A model generated the notes under the pieces. That model saw only the letters and a program-made list of their open reading frames with translations, was not told the origin of the DNA and ran no database searches. Shown piece by piece: positions 24,396 to 35,960 of a stretch of DNA of 64,000 nucleotides. Made by a program: the position numbers and the translations under genes. Each line of letters begins with the position of its first letter. The first letter of the stretch is position 1. The stretch comes from Prorocentrum cordatum (Eukaryota). Location of the stretch: the NCBI GenBank assembly GCA_963575745.1, contig CAUYUJ010000228.1, forward strand, positions 1 through 64,000. The letters are read 5' to 3'.

Positions 24396-24690
24396 CACAC
24401 GCTTCGTGGCCCCAAAGGGAACTCTTCCGAGGGCCCCAGCGGGAAATCCAGCATGCCCCCTGTCCTTTGGCACAGCCCTTCACACGTTTCGTGACCCTAT
24501 AGGGACCTCCGCCGAAGGCCGCAGTGGGAAATCCCGCATGCATGTCCCTCAGTCTCCACAACGGTGACCCCATCACACGCTCCGTGGCCTCATGGGAAGT
24601 TCCACCGAAGGGCCCCATATGGAGTTCCACGGAAGGCGCGCCCTCCAAAAGTTTCGTGCCCCCATTGGGCACTCCCCTAATCCACGTTTG
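24396..24690. repeat. Short array of the ~90-bp cacgtttcgtggcccc satellite also found at 48.4-51.3 kb
   Basis: Three to four units with cacg..tcgtggccc.atagggag.tcc.ccgaaggcc motifs. Confidence 0.7.
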
Positions 24691-24915
24691 CGTTCTCGCT
24701 CAGGGCCCCGACGCCCCGTGCACCCCCCGAAGCCCCCCTGGCTCGAGAGTCTTCGCCGAGGGCATTTCATATGATGATGTTCATATCCCTGCTGTGTGCA
24801 GCTCTTCACGCCCGCCCGTCGCGCGGCCTCCGTATCAGTTCGCCCTGCGGGGCGCCCTCCATCTCAGAGTTCATGTCCGACGGCTGGGGCGACAGGTACC
24901 AGCAGCGCTTCGGAG

Positions 24916-25040
24916 CGGATCCCGTCTTCCCTGGTGCGGATCCCGTCTTCCCTGGTGCGGATCCCGTCGACCCTGGTGCGGATCCCGTGCACGACCCTGG
25001 TGCGGATCCCGTCCACGACCCTGGTGCGGATCCCGTCGGC
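24916..25040 (+). repeat. In-frame 21/24-bp minisatellite encoding GADPV(x)xP repeats at the transposase N-terminus
   Basis: Six copies of gcggatcccgt separated by ccctggt-ending linkers. Confidence 0.9.
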
Positions 25041-26928
25041 GCGATCATCCCTGCGTGCCATGCGCTGCTCCCCGTTCACGCAGACGTCGTTGTCGACCAC
25101 CAGATGTTCGGAGCATTGTTCGATGCGGCGGTTTCCACAGACTTCCAGTCGGACGAATTGTGCGCCCGAGCGGAACGGATACTTTCTCAGCAGGGGGTCT
25201 CGAGCACCAAGGCCATGCTGCATGGCATCAACTTGTCGCACCACTCACACGCATGGACAGTGAAGGAACGCCTCGCAGAGCTTACTCTCATGATGGACAG
25301 GTGGCTCAGAGGCCAACTCGAGATGAAGCTCACCACTATTCCAGACGTTAACCTGGTGATGTACGCGATGTTCGAGGCCTACGACGAGACGCCGTTGAAG
25401 ACTGGAGCCGTGCAAAGTGAGGATGCAGTGCTGCTACCGCTGCACAGCTACATGGAGTCGATCGAGGACGTAGGCGGAGCGGGTGGAGACGGCGACGGCA
25501 TCGACGGTTATGGCCAGATCAGGGCTTCCAGGCCCCACATCCGCGTGAAGGACACGCAGGTTTCCAAGATATTCCAGGTCACGCGATGGGCATCAATGTT
25601 GATCAGAATCGGTCCGACATATTATCTGTTCAGGGTGAAGACGCTGAACTCGCTATCGAACCTTGAGAGCACCACCTCGAACGTCATCAACAAAGCGCTT
25701 GGCTCCGTCGAGCACCTGAGCATGGCCCCAACCAAGTTCAAGCACAAGATCAGGGTTGCCATGTCGGACGCCGCATCCTCCAACATCCGAGTCGAGTTCG
25801 AGAAGAGAAAAAAAGGACAAGCGCTGCCTTCACTTGCTCTGCCACGTCCACAAGGTCTCGACGTGCAACAAGCGTTCTTGCCAGATCGTCGACTTGTTCT
25901 TCACTTTCGGCATTCGTTTTTCTCTGAGCCTGCAAGCCGCTGGTGCCATGGCGCAGTTCAGGCAGGCCATCGTTGAAGCGTTGATTGATCACGCCGATGT
26001 CCGACGGGGCGCGTCTTCGCAAGAGGCAGCGGCATATCGGAAAGCAGTGGTTCAGAGCTACCTTGGAAAGGGTAAGGGGGCGCGGGCGCGATGGGCGACG
26101 CTCGAGTGCACTCTCAGGGGGGATTGGCAGAACCATAACCACATCGAGATCTATGTGGGCTGGGACGAAACCAACTCAGTCAAACACGTCATCGAGAAGC
26201 TGTCCTGGGATATCTTGTTCGCTATTGCCCCCAGAGCCCTTCGAGTGTTCAACAGGAAAAGCTGGACTGGCTTGTCAGAGGCGCTCGCGGACATTTGCTT
26301 CCTAGACGCAGTGCGCGGCATCTGTTCGAAGGCGTACATCAAATGAGTTACCAACAGGGGCGAGTTGACACCAGACATGGCCAGGAGGTTATCCGCGAGG
26401 AGTTGCGCGGCTTACATGGGGCCTGGCAGCACCGCGCACCAGAAGCATCTGATCACTCAGAACGACGCGGTCGGTGCGACGACGGACAAGCAGGGCGAGA
26501 ACGACGTGGCCGCAGTTCGGACACAGAACAAGGCGTACAGGCTCGCTGGCGTCAGCTTGATTGCGGACGGCCACTTGTTCGCGTACCCGATCCTGCACGT
26601 TGCCGTCGCGAAGTTGCAGGCGCTCCTCGGGCGATACATGGAGCAGAGCGGCATCAGGTGGGAATTAAACCAGCGCATGGGAACCATTGCCGACGGCGGG
26701 GCCGCTACGTTCGAGTTCGACCCGAGGCGCCCCCTGCGCCGACAGTACGCCCTGACGAATGCAGCCCAGAACTACTTCGAGACAATGTTCATTGCGGAGT
26801 CGGACGTCGCCATGAATGCGATGGATGACTGGCGCGCTTTGCACCCCAGATCGTACACCACCTACTTCGGAGCGCTGGCATTCAGGCTCATTCTTCGGTC
26901 CAAGGCCATCGTGCACGACCTCCTAATT

Positions 26929-27602
26929 CCAGACGCTTCGCGTAGCCCCACAAGCCCGTCCAGCAACGGGTGCACGAGTCCACGCGAGGCTCCAAGATGG
27001 CCCCAAAGTCGCCCCAAGAGGCCCCAGGGGCCCCGCGAGGTCCCATGATGGCCCCAGGATGGCACCACGCTGCCCACAGGAAGCCCCCACAGAGACCCCA
27101 AGCGGCCACACGAGCCCCCCCCCCGACGCACACAAGACGCCCAGGAGCACCCCCCCCCCCCCCAGGGCCGCCAAGAGATCCCGAAGACGCCCCGAGACGC
27201 TTCCAAGAAGCGCCAACGAAATATCCCAAGGGGCTCCGAGAAGCATCTGCGGCGCCCCTGGCAATTTATCTTGCCGTTCTCATCCTGCTCATCCTTCCTT
27301 CTCCTACTCGTCGTCTCTTCATTCTCCTTATCCTGTTCAGCGTCGTTCCCCCCGCTCCCCCATCCATCCATCCAGCCGCAGCCTTCCCGCCACCTTGCCG
27401 CTGCACGGTTCGGCTGTCCCCCTCTTTGCCCCCGCGCGTCTTTGATCGCTTCAGCCCGCCTCGGCACATCCCTCCCGCCCCGCTACACCCCATCCCCCTC
27501 CCCCCCGTCGGGGGAGGGGGGTGGGAGAATGCAACAGAGCCAACGTTCAACTCAAGCTCGCCCAGCGGGCTGGCTGAGCTCCGCCCACGTGGGCGGGCGC
27601 GG
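26929..27602. mobile_element. Non-autonomous insertion (ccagacgcttcgcgta...gggcgcgg) with ATT target-site duplication
   Basis: ATT at 26926-26928 and 27603-27605. Excision restores VHDLL-I-APHQRFPYKLF in frame. Confidence 0.75.
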
Positions 27603-27895
27603 ATTGCACCGCACCAGCGGTTCCCTTACAAGCTGTTCGCCTTCCTGGCACGCCCCGAGGAGCTCGTCGACGAGATAGTGATCGCGGCGACCAAGCCCTG
27701 CATGCTCGACACATTCAGTGCATGGTTTCTCACTGAGTACCCGACGAAGGACGATTTGCTCGGCGGCGAGGCACTGACTGTTCTGCTGTCGATCGCCAGG
27801 GACACGAAGGTTGACATTGTACACGAGGAGCTTTCAAATGGCAGAATTCGCAGACGCCTGCTTGCTGCGTCGCACCACACCCATCAGCAGCCATT

Positions 27896-29002
27896 CAAAA
27901 CGCTTCGCGTATCACCACCAGCCCATCCAGGAACGACGTCTAGGCGAATTGATGTGATCAGGGAAGCGCGGGAGCAAGGATAGACATTGCCGAATTGTGC
28001 GATGGAGGGAGGAGGCTAATGCGAAGGCAAGGTGGATAGATGAGGGGGTGGGGCTACGGAAAAGGGATATAATGAGAAGGAGAGTAAGTATGCGGATGTA
28101 GGTAAGGCGTATGCTGATAAACGGGGAGCAGGAGGAGGAGGGCAATCAAAAGGGCCCGAGATCTCTTGGCCGCATCTCTGCGCCTCTTGCGATATCTATT
28201 GGGCGCTCCGTGGGTGCCTCCTGGGGCGTCTGGGGGGGTTCTTAGCGGTCCTGGGGGCTCTTGGGCGTCTTTGGTGCCCCTTGGGGGGGCGGCTCTTGGG
28301 GCCGCTTGGGGATCTCTTGGGGCCCTCCTAGGGGCTTCAGGGGGGGGGGGCATCTTGGAGCCATTTTGGTATTCTAATGGGGCCTCTTGGGGCTTCCTGT
28401 GCGCGTCTTGGGGCAATCCTGGAGGGCGTCGATCAAATAAGGGGCGTCCCCTAGTTAGCTTTACCCCTCTGGAGCATCTACAATCCATTATTGTGGCGAT
28501 TCTAGGGCGCTCATGGAGCGCTCATGGGCGCTCTTGGGGCCGTAGTGGGCCCCCTGGGCTTTTCTGACGTCTCTCGTGAACCATATTTGAGCAATATTGA
28601 GGCTTTTGTTGACCATCGGGGGCGAACGGGCGACAATGCCAATATCGTTGGTTTTCTCTAGGCTTTGGAATGTGTTTGACTTCTTGGGGAACTCTTTGGA
28701 GGTCTCGGAGGCTTCTCGGAGCCGTCTTGGATCATTCTCGTGGCCTCGTGGAGCAGTGTCGGGGCCACCTTGAGGCGCTTTAAGCTAGATTGGCCACTGT
28801 TGGACACCATCTTGGGCTTTCCGAGGCGCTCTTGAGGCCGTGCTGGGCCATCTTGGGCGCTCTGGCTGTTCGCCGCCTTCTCACCCCCTGTCCGGGTCCA
28901 AGGGGGTGCGTCGGGGGGAGGTGTGAACTCCTCCCCGAAGGGGAATAATGGCGGTTGGCAGAGGGAGCGCCTTAGACCACACGCGTCCAGAGGGCGGGTT
29001 GG
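27896..29002. mobile_element. Non-autonomous insertion of the same family (caaaacgcttcgcgta...gggcgggttgg) with ATT target-site duplication
   Basis: ATT at 27893-27895 and 29003-29005. The 5' end resembles the 26929 insertion. Excision restores THQQ-PF-HQVNADWILG in frame. Confidence 0.75.
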
Positions 29003-31104
29003 ATTTCATCAAGTGAACGCCGACTGGATTCTTGGGTCTTTGCGGTACAGGCTCGCCGAGACGTGCGTGGCGCAGGGCACCGTGACATTGAATGCGAGCA
29101 ACATTTCAAAGCCAGTTCGTGCCAACGGATCCGACAGCCGTGCCACTGGCCGCAGTGATGCCGACCACTGCGGCGACGCCCCCGCTGATCAAGATGGGCC
29201 TCCCGCGCGCCCCAGGAAGCGGAAGAAGGTTCATTTGTTTCGTTATTTCATGCGCAAAAGCACTGGCAAGGGTTGGAGCTTCCTCGACTTCAGCAATAAG
29301 TACCGTGAGCTGAGCCCTGGTGCAAGGGCCCGTTTGCGACAGGAGGCCGATCAGGATGCTGAGGACGGCCCCATGTATTTCACGTGTGCTCAGAGGCGGT
29401 CTGCGGAGCGGGCTCTCCGCGCCCAGGCGCGCCATGTTGAGTTGGACACCATCGAGGGGATGTTGTCTGGTGACGAGGCAGACTACGAGGTCGACGATCA
29501 TGCCATCGTCGCCGCCGAGACCACTGCCGACGCCGTCGACGGCGCCGTGGCGCGCGCCGTCCGCGCCAACAGTCTCGTGGCAGAGGTGCGACGGCGGCGC
29601 CTGGCCGCGGGCGCGCGCCTCTTGCGGCAGCGGCGCTCCCACCAGGAGCAGGACGTGCAGGGGGCGCTCGCGCTGTCCCTCCCGTGCAGCGCGGGCGAGT
29701 TCGGTGAAGGACCTGTCACTTGCGTCCCCCCTTGCCTTTCCCTCTCTCGGCGTCAACTTTCCCCCTCCCCGCGCGCGCGCCCCCCCCCCTCCGTTCTGGC
29801 CGCCCCCGCCGCGACGCATCTCTCCCCCGCCGACTCCTTCCTCGCCCTCTCCCGTCCTACCCTCTCCACCATCGCCTCCTCGCCCCTCATCCACTCCTCG
29901 CCTGGCGCATTCCTTCCCGCCCTCCTCGCCTTTCCTCGCCTGGGGTGCCTCGAGTTGGTCGGAGGCAATCTTCGGCCATCGTGGGACGCTCGTGCGCCGC
30001 ATTCGAGCCATATCGGGCTTATGTTGGGCAATCTCGGGGGGGGGTCTCGGCCGCGGCAGGGGTCGACCGAGCCGCGTCTGGGATTTTGCGGCCGTTTTCG
30101 GGCCCCGCGCTTGGGGGCGCGCCCCACGGGGATCGCACGGCGGAACGCCCCCGCTCGAGTCCTGGTGACTCCCATGTGGGATGACGAGGTGCCTGGGTTG
30201 CACGCACGTTTGACCCGTTGTCGTCATCGTCGTTGCCGCCGCCTCCCCCCTCCATCCACCGACACCCGCCCTGCATCATGATCCTGTCATCACCCTCGCC
30301 ATCCTCATCGCCCCCCTCATCATACTAAACACCGTTATTGCCAGCATCTCCCCGCTGCGACTCACTCCGCATCCTCCTTGCCCTCCTCTCTGCGTCTACC
30401 CCTCCTGCGTCCTCTTCCTGGCCCTTCGCGCACCCCCGCCAGCCCATCCAGAAATGATGCCTCGGGCATTTGCACAGAGGATGTGCGCAGGTAAACACTA
30501 ACGAAACAGAAATGCACACCAGTGTGAAAATAAACAAACATCGGGGGGGGGGGGTGGCTGATGGATCTGTGATGGGGTCGCATTGGATGCATGTTGGGCA
30601 TTCCTGTGGCCCTTTGTTGACATCCACGGAGTTTTCCCATGTGCTATCTCGGTGCACAGGTGCCCTCTTGGGTACATGCGGGGGGAGGGGTGTGAGGGGT
30701 GGGGGTGGGAGCGTTGGGCGCGCGGGCGTCGCTTGCGCGCGCTGCGCCCCGCTCGGGTTTGCAGAGGTCACTCAGCGTTTCCTTGGGGGCGCTCTTAGGG
30801 CGCCCCTGGTACAGTCCCTGGCTTTATGTATACTTGTTTGTTTTTTGTCAACGTTTTTGTGTGTAGTGGCAATTGGCCGCGCATGATCAGTCATGGGGGC
30901 ACAGTGGCAAGTCGGGGACGGGGCGGCGAACATGCAACGCACAATCCCATATAAGGTCGAAGAGCGTTTGTTCATCAATGGTATCCCTCGGGGTGCAGCG
31001 GCCACGTGAAGGCGGCATTGCGCGGCCATGAAGACTTTGGGATGGGGCGGGGTGGGTTGGGTGAGTGGGGTGGGGTGGGGTGGGGTGGGGCGGCGTGTGT
31101 GTGC

Positions 31105-31139
<35 letters not shown>

Positions 31140-32745
31140 GGGGGGGGGGGAAGGGGGGGCATGCCAGAACGTTATGTTGGGTTGCATTGTGCGATCTACT
31201 GCCGCCCGCGCCCCGCTGCGAACCCGCGCGCGTATTGCACAATTGCCGCGCTGCCGCATAATCCAATCCTGTGTCGCGTTGGCAGTTGTGCATGGGTCGC
31301 GTTGGGCGCCTGCCAATATACCTGCGCGCGTGCGATTTTCTCTGCGCGACCGCGCCTTTTGCGCAGTCGAAAGCGGCGCGCGTCGGGACTTACACGCGTT
31401 GCCTTTCAGCCGCGAAGCAGCCCCGATGCGTCCGCCCGCGTTTCCGCCCCCCGCGGCGCCGCGCCCCATGCGCATGGCATCCCCGCATGGGAAGATACCC
31501 GTTGCGCGCATTTACTATAGACGTGCCGCCTCGATTGCGCGCGCGCCAGCGGCCGCAAGCCCGCCCGCGCCCCCCCCCCCCCTTTCCCCCAGGGCCTACA
31601 GCCCGAGGGCGCCGGCGCAGTCGGCGCGGCACCACCGCGGCGCCACGGTATCTATAACTGCGCAGCTTCATATTTGTTGGCAACAGTTTGACGTTCCGCG
31701 CGCCCGCGCCAGCCCGCCCATGCACGGCGCCCAGGCGCGCTGTCCTCTGCCCTCTGGTGCCGCATTGAGGAGAAGGGATGGGATAATGACAAGGGGGGGA
31801 GGGGGAATCGGATGACGAGCAGAAGGATGAGTAAGAGAATGAGAAGGAGAAATATGAGGAGGAGAAGGAGGAGGAAGAGGACGACTTGGATGTAGATGAG
31901 GACGAGGAGGAGGAGGAGGACGGCGAGGGGGGGATGATGAGAAGGAGGAGGATTGGGAGGAGGATTGGGGGGAGGAGAGGAGGGAATGCGAAATGGTCAC
32001 GCAACGCTTCTCTGCGTATTCTGTGCAGGGGTGAGGCCCCAGGGGCCCCGCCGAAAAGCTAAAATCAATGACGCGGTGGTCGTTGTTTCAAAAATATGCT
32101 GTTCAACTAAGGTGTCTCCAATTCGATTGCACTGCCATGGGTTTCCGCAGTCGCCAGCTGGGCTGCTTGAATGTTCCTGGGGCGCCCCTGGGCTGTCCAT
32201 GGACAGTCCTGGTATGTATATGCGTTGTTTTCATTGTCATAGCATTGCGCTGTGGAGTCGCCGTGGGGCGCGAGAACATCTTCGGGTGCGAGGGGCGGGC
32301 GTGCACCATCAGGTGCGTCATTCCTTTTTTCTTTTTTTGGGTGGGCGGTGCTCGGGGGGGCGCGCGTTGGGGGGGAGGACTTCCGCGGCGGCCGCTCGGG
32401 TCCGCGGCGGTCGGGCCCGCCCCCTTGGGCGCGCGATGGATGCGCTGGTAAGGCGCGCGGCGTTCGTTAACTATGCAGCGAGCGGCGTCGAACCGCCCCT
32501 GCGGCGTTCCCCAAACCCCATCCCTTGGCCCCGATTGCCCGCCCCCCGCGCTGCATGTGCGCCCGCATTTCTGGAGCGCGCGGCGCGAGCAAGAGGCCGC
32601 CCTGCGGGCGGGGGGTGGGCGGGGCTTCCTTTGTCCTGCCCGTGGCAACGCATTCGGCGCCCTCGGCCGCCAGGCGGGCGCTCGCCCGCCGAAGTTCACG
32701 ATGCGGGTGGCGAAGCGCGACGCGCGAATACGCGGGGGCGAGCGT

Positions 32746-33105
32746 GTCGTCGTCGTCGTCGTCGTTGTCGCCGTCGTCGTCGTCGTCGTCCGTCGTCGTC
32801 CGTCCGTCGCCGCCCGTCGTCGTCCGTCGTTGTCGTCGCGATCCGTCGTCCGTCGTCGTCGTCCTTCGTCGTCCGTCGTCGTCCGTCGTCGTCCGTCGTC
32901 GTCCGTCCGTCCGTCGTCGCCCGTCGTCGCCCGTCCGTCGTCGTCCGTCCGCCCGTCGTCGTCCGCCCGTCCGTCGCCGTCCGTCCACCCGTCGTCCGCC
33001 GTCGTCCGTCGTCGTGGTCCGCCCGTCGTCGTATGTCGTCGTCCGTCGTCGCCCGTCGTCGTCCGTCGTCGTCCGTCGTCGCCCGTCGTCGCGCGCTCGT
33101 CGTCC
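32746..33105. repeat. Degenerate (CGT)n microsatellite; a second tract lies at 38995-39180
   Basis: Direct inspection of the sequence. Confidence 0.95.
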
Positions 33106-35099
33106 GCCGCCCGCGTGGCGACGCTGTTTGACGAGGGGCAAATGCCCCTCCTCTGTGCTGGCTTTGCGAGTGGACGCCCCGCTCCCGTTTAAGTTGGCCC
33201 ACTCCTTGCCCAATCCACCCCTTGCCCCCGTGACCCCCTGCGCCCTTGCTTGCCCATCGCCGCTCCGAGCCGTCGCGCCCTCCATTCCATTCGCCCCGCT
33301 CTCCTCCCACAATCGCGCCCCCATCGAGGGGCGCAGCAAGCCCGCCGCATGTTGCCACCGATCACCGCGGTCGGCGCGACGCCGCTGCGCTCGGGGGCGC
33401 CTTTCTGAGCGGCTTCATGTCGGCGCTGCTGCAGGCGTGCAGGGCACGCCTGGCGCCCGCGGGCGCAGCGCTCGGCGGCGCGCCTAGCGCCTAGCCCGAG
33501 TACGCCTTGCGCGCGCGCGAGCCACGCGGGGGTCGACGACGCGGCGGAGTTCCCGAGGGCACGTTGCGCTTGGATCAAAGCATTTGCGGGGGCGGGCGAC
33601 GATTGCCGATGAGCCGCCCTCGCGCGCCGATTTTCAACGTTCGCGGATGGTCCTCTGCCCGCCGCCGCCCATCCCGTCACATCAATACCCGCCATCCCCT
33701 CCCATCCCCCCTCGCCTCGCCCTCGCCCTCCCCCCCCTCCCTTTCGCGCGGGGCCCCCACCCCCCTCCCACCCCCCCCCCCCCACACCCCCCATGCCATC
33801 CCCTCGCCACATTTCCCAGTTGCCCTCGTTCCCTGGCGCCACCGCCGCCATCCTCTTCGAAAACAAAGCGAAATATCAGACATTGCATTATTGGCGGGTT
33901 GGCGGGCTAGCAGTTAGCAGCGTCCGTTTCCAGATTCTACATGCGGTGGTGCCATGGCGCGCGCATCGCCTGCGCCCACAACCGACCCGAGGCGTTGCGC
34001 CGAATTGTCGCAGCGGGCGCGCGCGATCTCTTCCGCGGGACGCCCCGCGCGATAGCCGCGGGCTTCTTGGCGCGGCATGGTCGCGCAAGGCGCGGGCGCG
34101 CGTTCGCGCGCGCCGTCGGCTGCGAGACTCCCGCGGCTGCGCGGAGACGCTCGCCGCTTTGCGAAGGCGCGAGTTGGATGGCGTGAGGCTCTGCGGGCCG
34201 CGCCCTTGGCTTCGGCGGCAGTCGGCCGCAAGCTGGGGGAGCGGGAAGCGCGGGCATTCGATGCACATGGCGGCCTTGATCGGTAAGTGCAGCGCGGCGG
34301 CGGGCAATTGCGCCGACGATTTCGGCGAAGCATTGGCTGTGGATGAGACTGGCGTCGCCATGCAATCGGCAGCCAACCAGATGCTTTTGCGTGGCGGCGG
34401 AGCAGCGGGGCAGCTGCCGCCAGAAGAGGATGGGGACGAGGCGCTTCAAAACGGGCCGCCCTCGCGGCCCTGGGGGGGGGGGGGGATAGTGGATTTCGAA
34501 CCAGGCCGATGATTGCGGATGGCGGCTGCTGCGGCGGCGGCGGCGGCGGCGAGCGCGGCAGACGCGACGGCGGCGGTGACTGCGGCGGCCCCGCGGGGCG
34601 CGGCGCCCAACGCGCAGGGCTGCGATCGCGGCCGCGTTGCTCCAGGGGCGCCCGCCGCTGTTGCCCGCGCCGACGCGCTGCGCCCCGCCGAGGCCGAGGG
34701 GGCTGGTGGCCGAATTCGACGTGGCGCGGCGGCGCGGGCGAGGCAGAGCTCGCGACGGGGGGCCGCGGGGAAATCATTGGAGCGCGCCGCCACCAGCGCG
34801 GCTTGTGAGTGGCTCGTGAGCATGTCGATATCAACGCGGCAGGTGCGATGAGGCGGGGGAAGGTGATGATGATAGTCATGTGGGGTATGCAGGAGACGGA
34901 GACGAACGCTATGCATGAAATGGTGGTATCGAGCGGTCTGAACATTCCCAATTGGGCGCGGGTGGGTTTTTTCTTTTTGCCGCCGCGGTAAGCGGTGGGG
35001 GAGAGATGGCGCCCCGCTGCAGTGGAGCGAACGTTCTGAGCTGGGACGGGCCGCGATTTCGACCCCGTCTTCGTCGGCGCGGGGGGAAGGAGGTCGAGT

Positions 35100-35960
35100 T
35101 CACGCCCCGTTGCAGTTCAGCGAGCGGTCTGAGTTGCGGCGGGCATGGGCCCCCTGGCGGCCTCTTGGAAGCTTATTGGGGGCCTCGTGGAGCGATCGCG
35201 GGGTCAACTTGGGCCGATGTGGGGGGCGCCTTTGCGGCCTCATGGGCTGTCTTGGAGCTATGTTCGATGCGCTTCGAGTTTCCTCTGGCTGTCGGGCACC
35301 CAACGAAGCCCAAACCCAGCAATTCTTCAGGTGCCTAATGGGATTCGTTGTTGTTCGTGGTGCTTAGTTGGGTTCTCCTGCGGGGCTCTCTGAGTGCTCT
35401 TGGAAGCTTATTGGGGCTGCTTGGTCCATATTGGACAGTATTGGGATGCCCTTGGCCCGTCTGGCGCCTTCGGGGGCTGTCTTGGGTGGCGGTGGTGGTG
35501 GGGTGGGGTGGGGGGGGGGGGGGGGGGGCATCTCTGGGTCGTATCAGTGCTCTCTTGGGACGGTTTAAGGCAGTCTTGGTTCCCTCTCTGGAGCCTCCTG
35601 GGCGATCTTGGGGCCCCCTTGGGCCGACTCGGGGCGGTCTTGGGGTCCTCATGGTCTGTCTTGAGGCAACATGGGAAGCCTCTTAGGCCGCCTGGGGCAA
35701 TCCAAGACCCATGCAAAGGGGGAACATCACAACTTGCCAAGCACAACAGCAAAGCTTTGGACTCATCGAGCTATCCTGGGAGGCCACTTGGACACCCCCT
35801 TGGCAGTATAGAGCCCCTTGGGCAGTCTTGAGGCCCTCTGGGGAATCTCTTGATCAGCCATGGGCCACCTCGAGCCACTTTGATGTCGTCTGTGCTGTCT
35901 TGGGAGCCCTCTTGGAGGCCATCTCGGCCGCCTGAATGCAGAATTGCCAGATGGCGATTC
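35100..35960. repeat. Dispersed repeat rich in ggggcctcttgg-type motifs; related sequence at 13790-13950, 18000-18165, 28150-28900, 40234-40720 and 41180-41460
   Basis: Shared tcttgg/ggggcc low-complexity vocabulary with the ATT-flanked insertions; 40234 also begins ccagacgc. Boundaries are approximate. Confidence 0.55.

Noticed and set aside
24916..25040. Short direct repeats as a CRISPR or regulatory array
   Set aside because: 21/24-bp in-frame coding minisatellite without spacers.
28360..28369. Dinoflagellate spliced-leader relic (gccattttgg)
   Set aside because: Only 10 nt match, the CTCAAG end is missing, and it lies inside a repeat. The ggctcaag at about 40909 is likewise too short.
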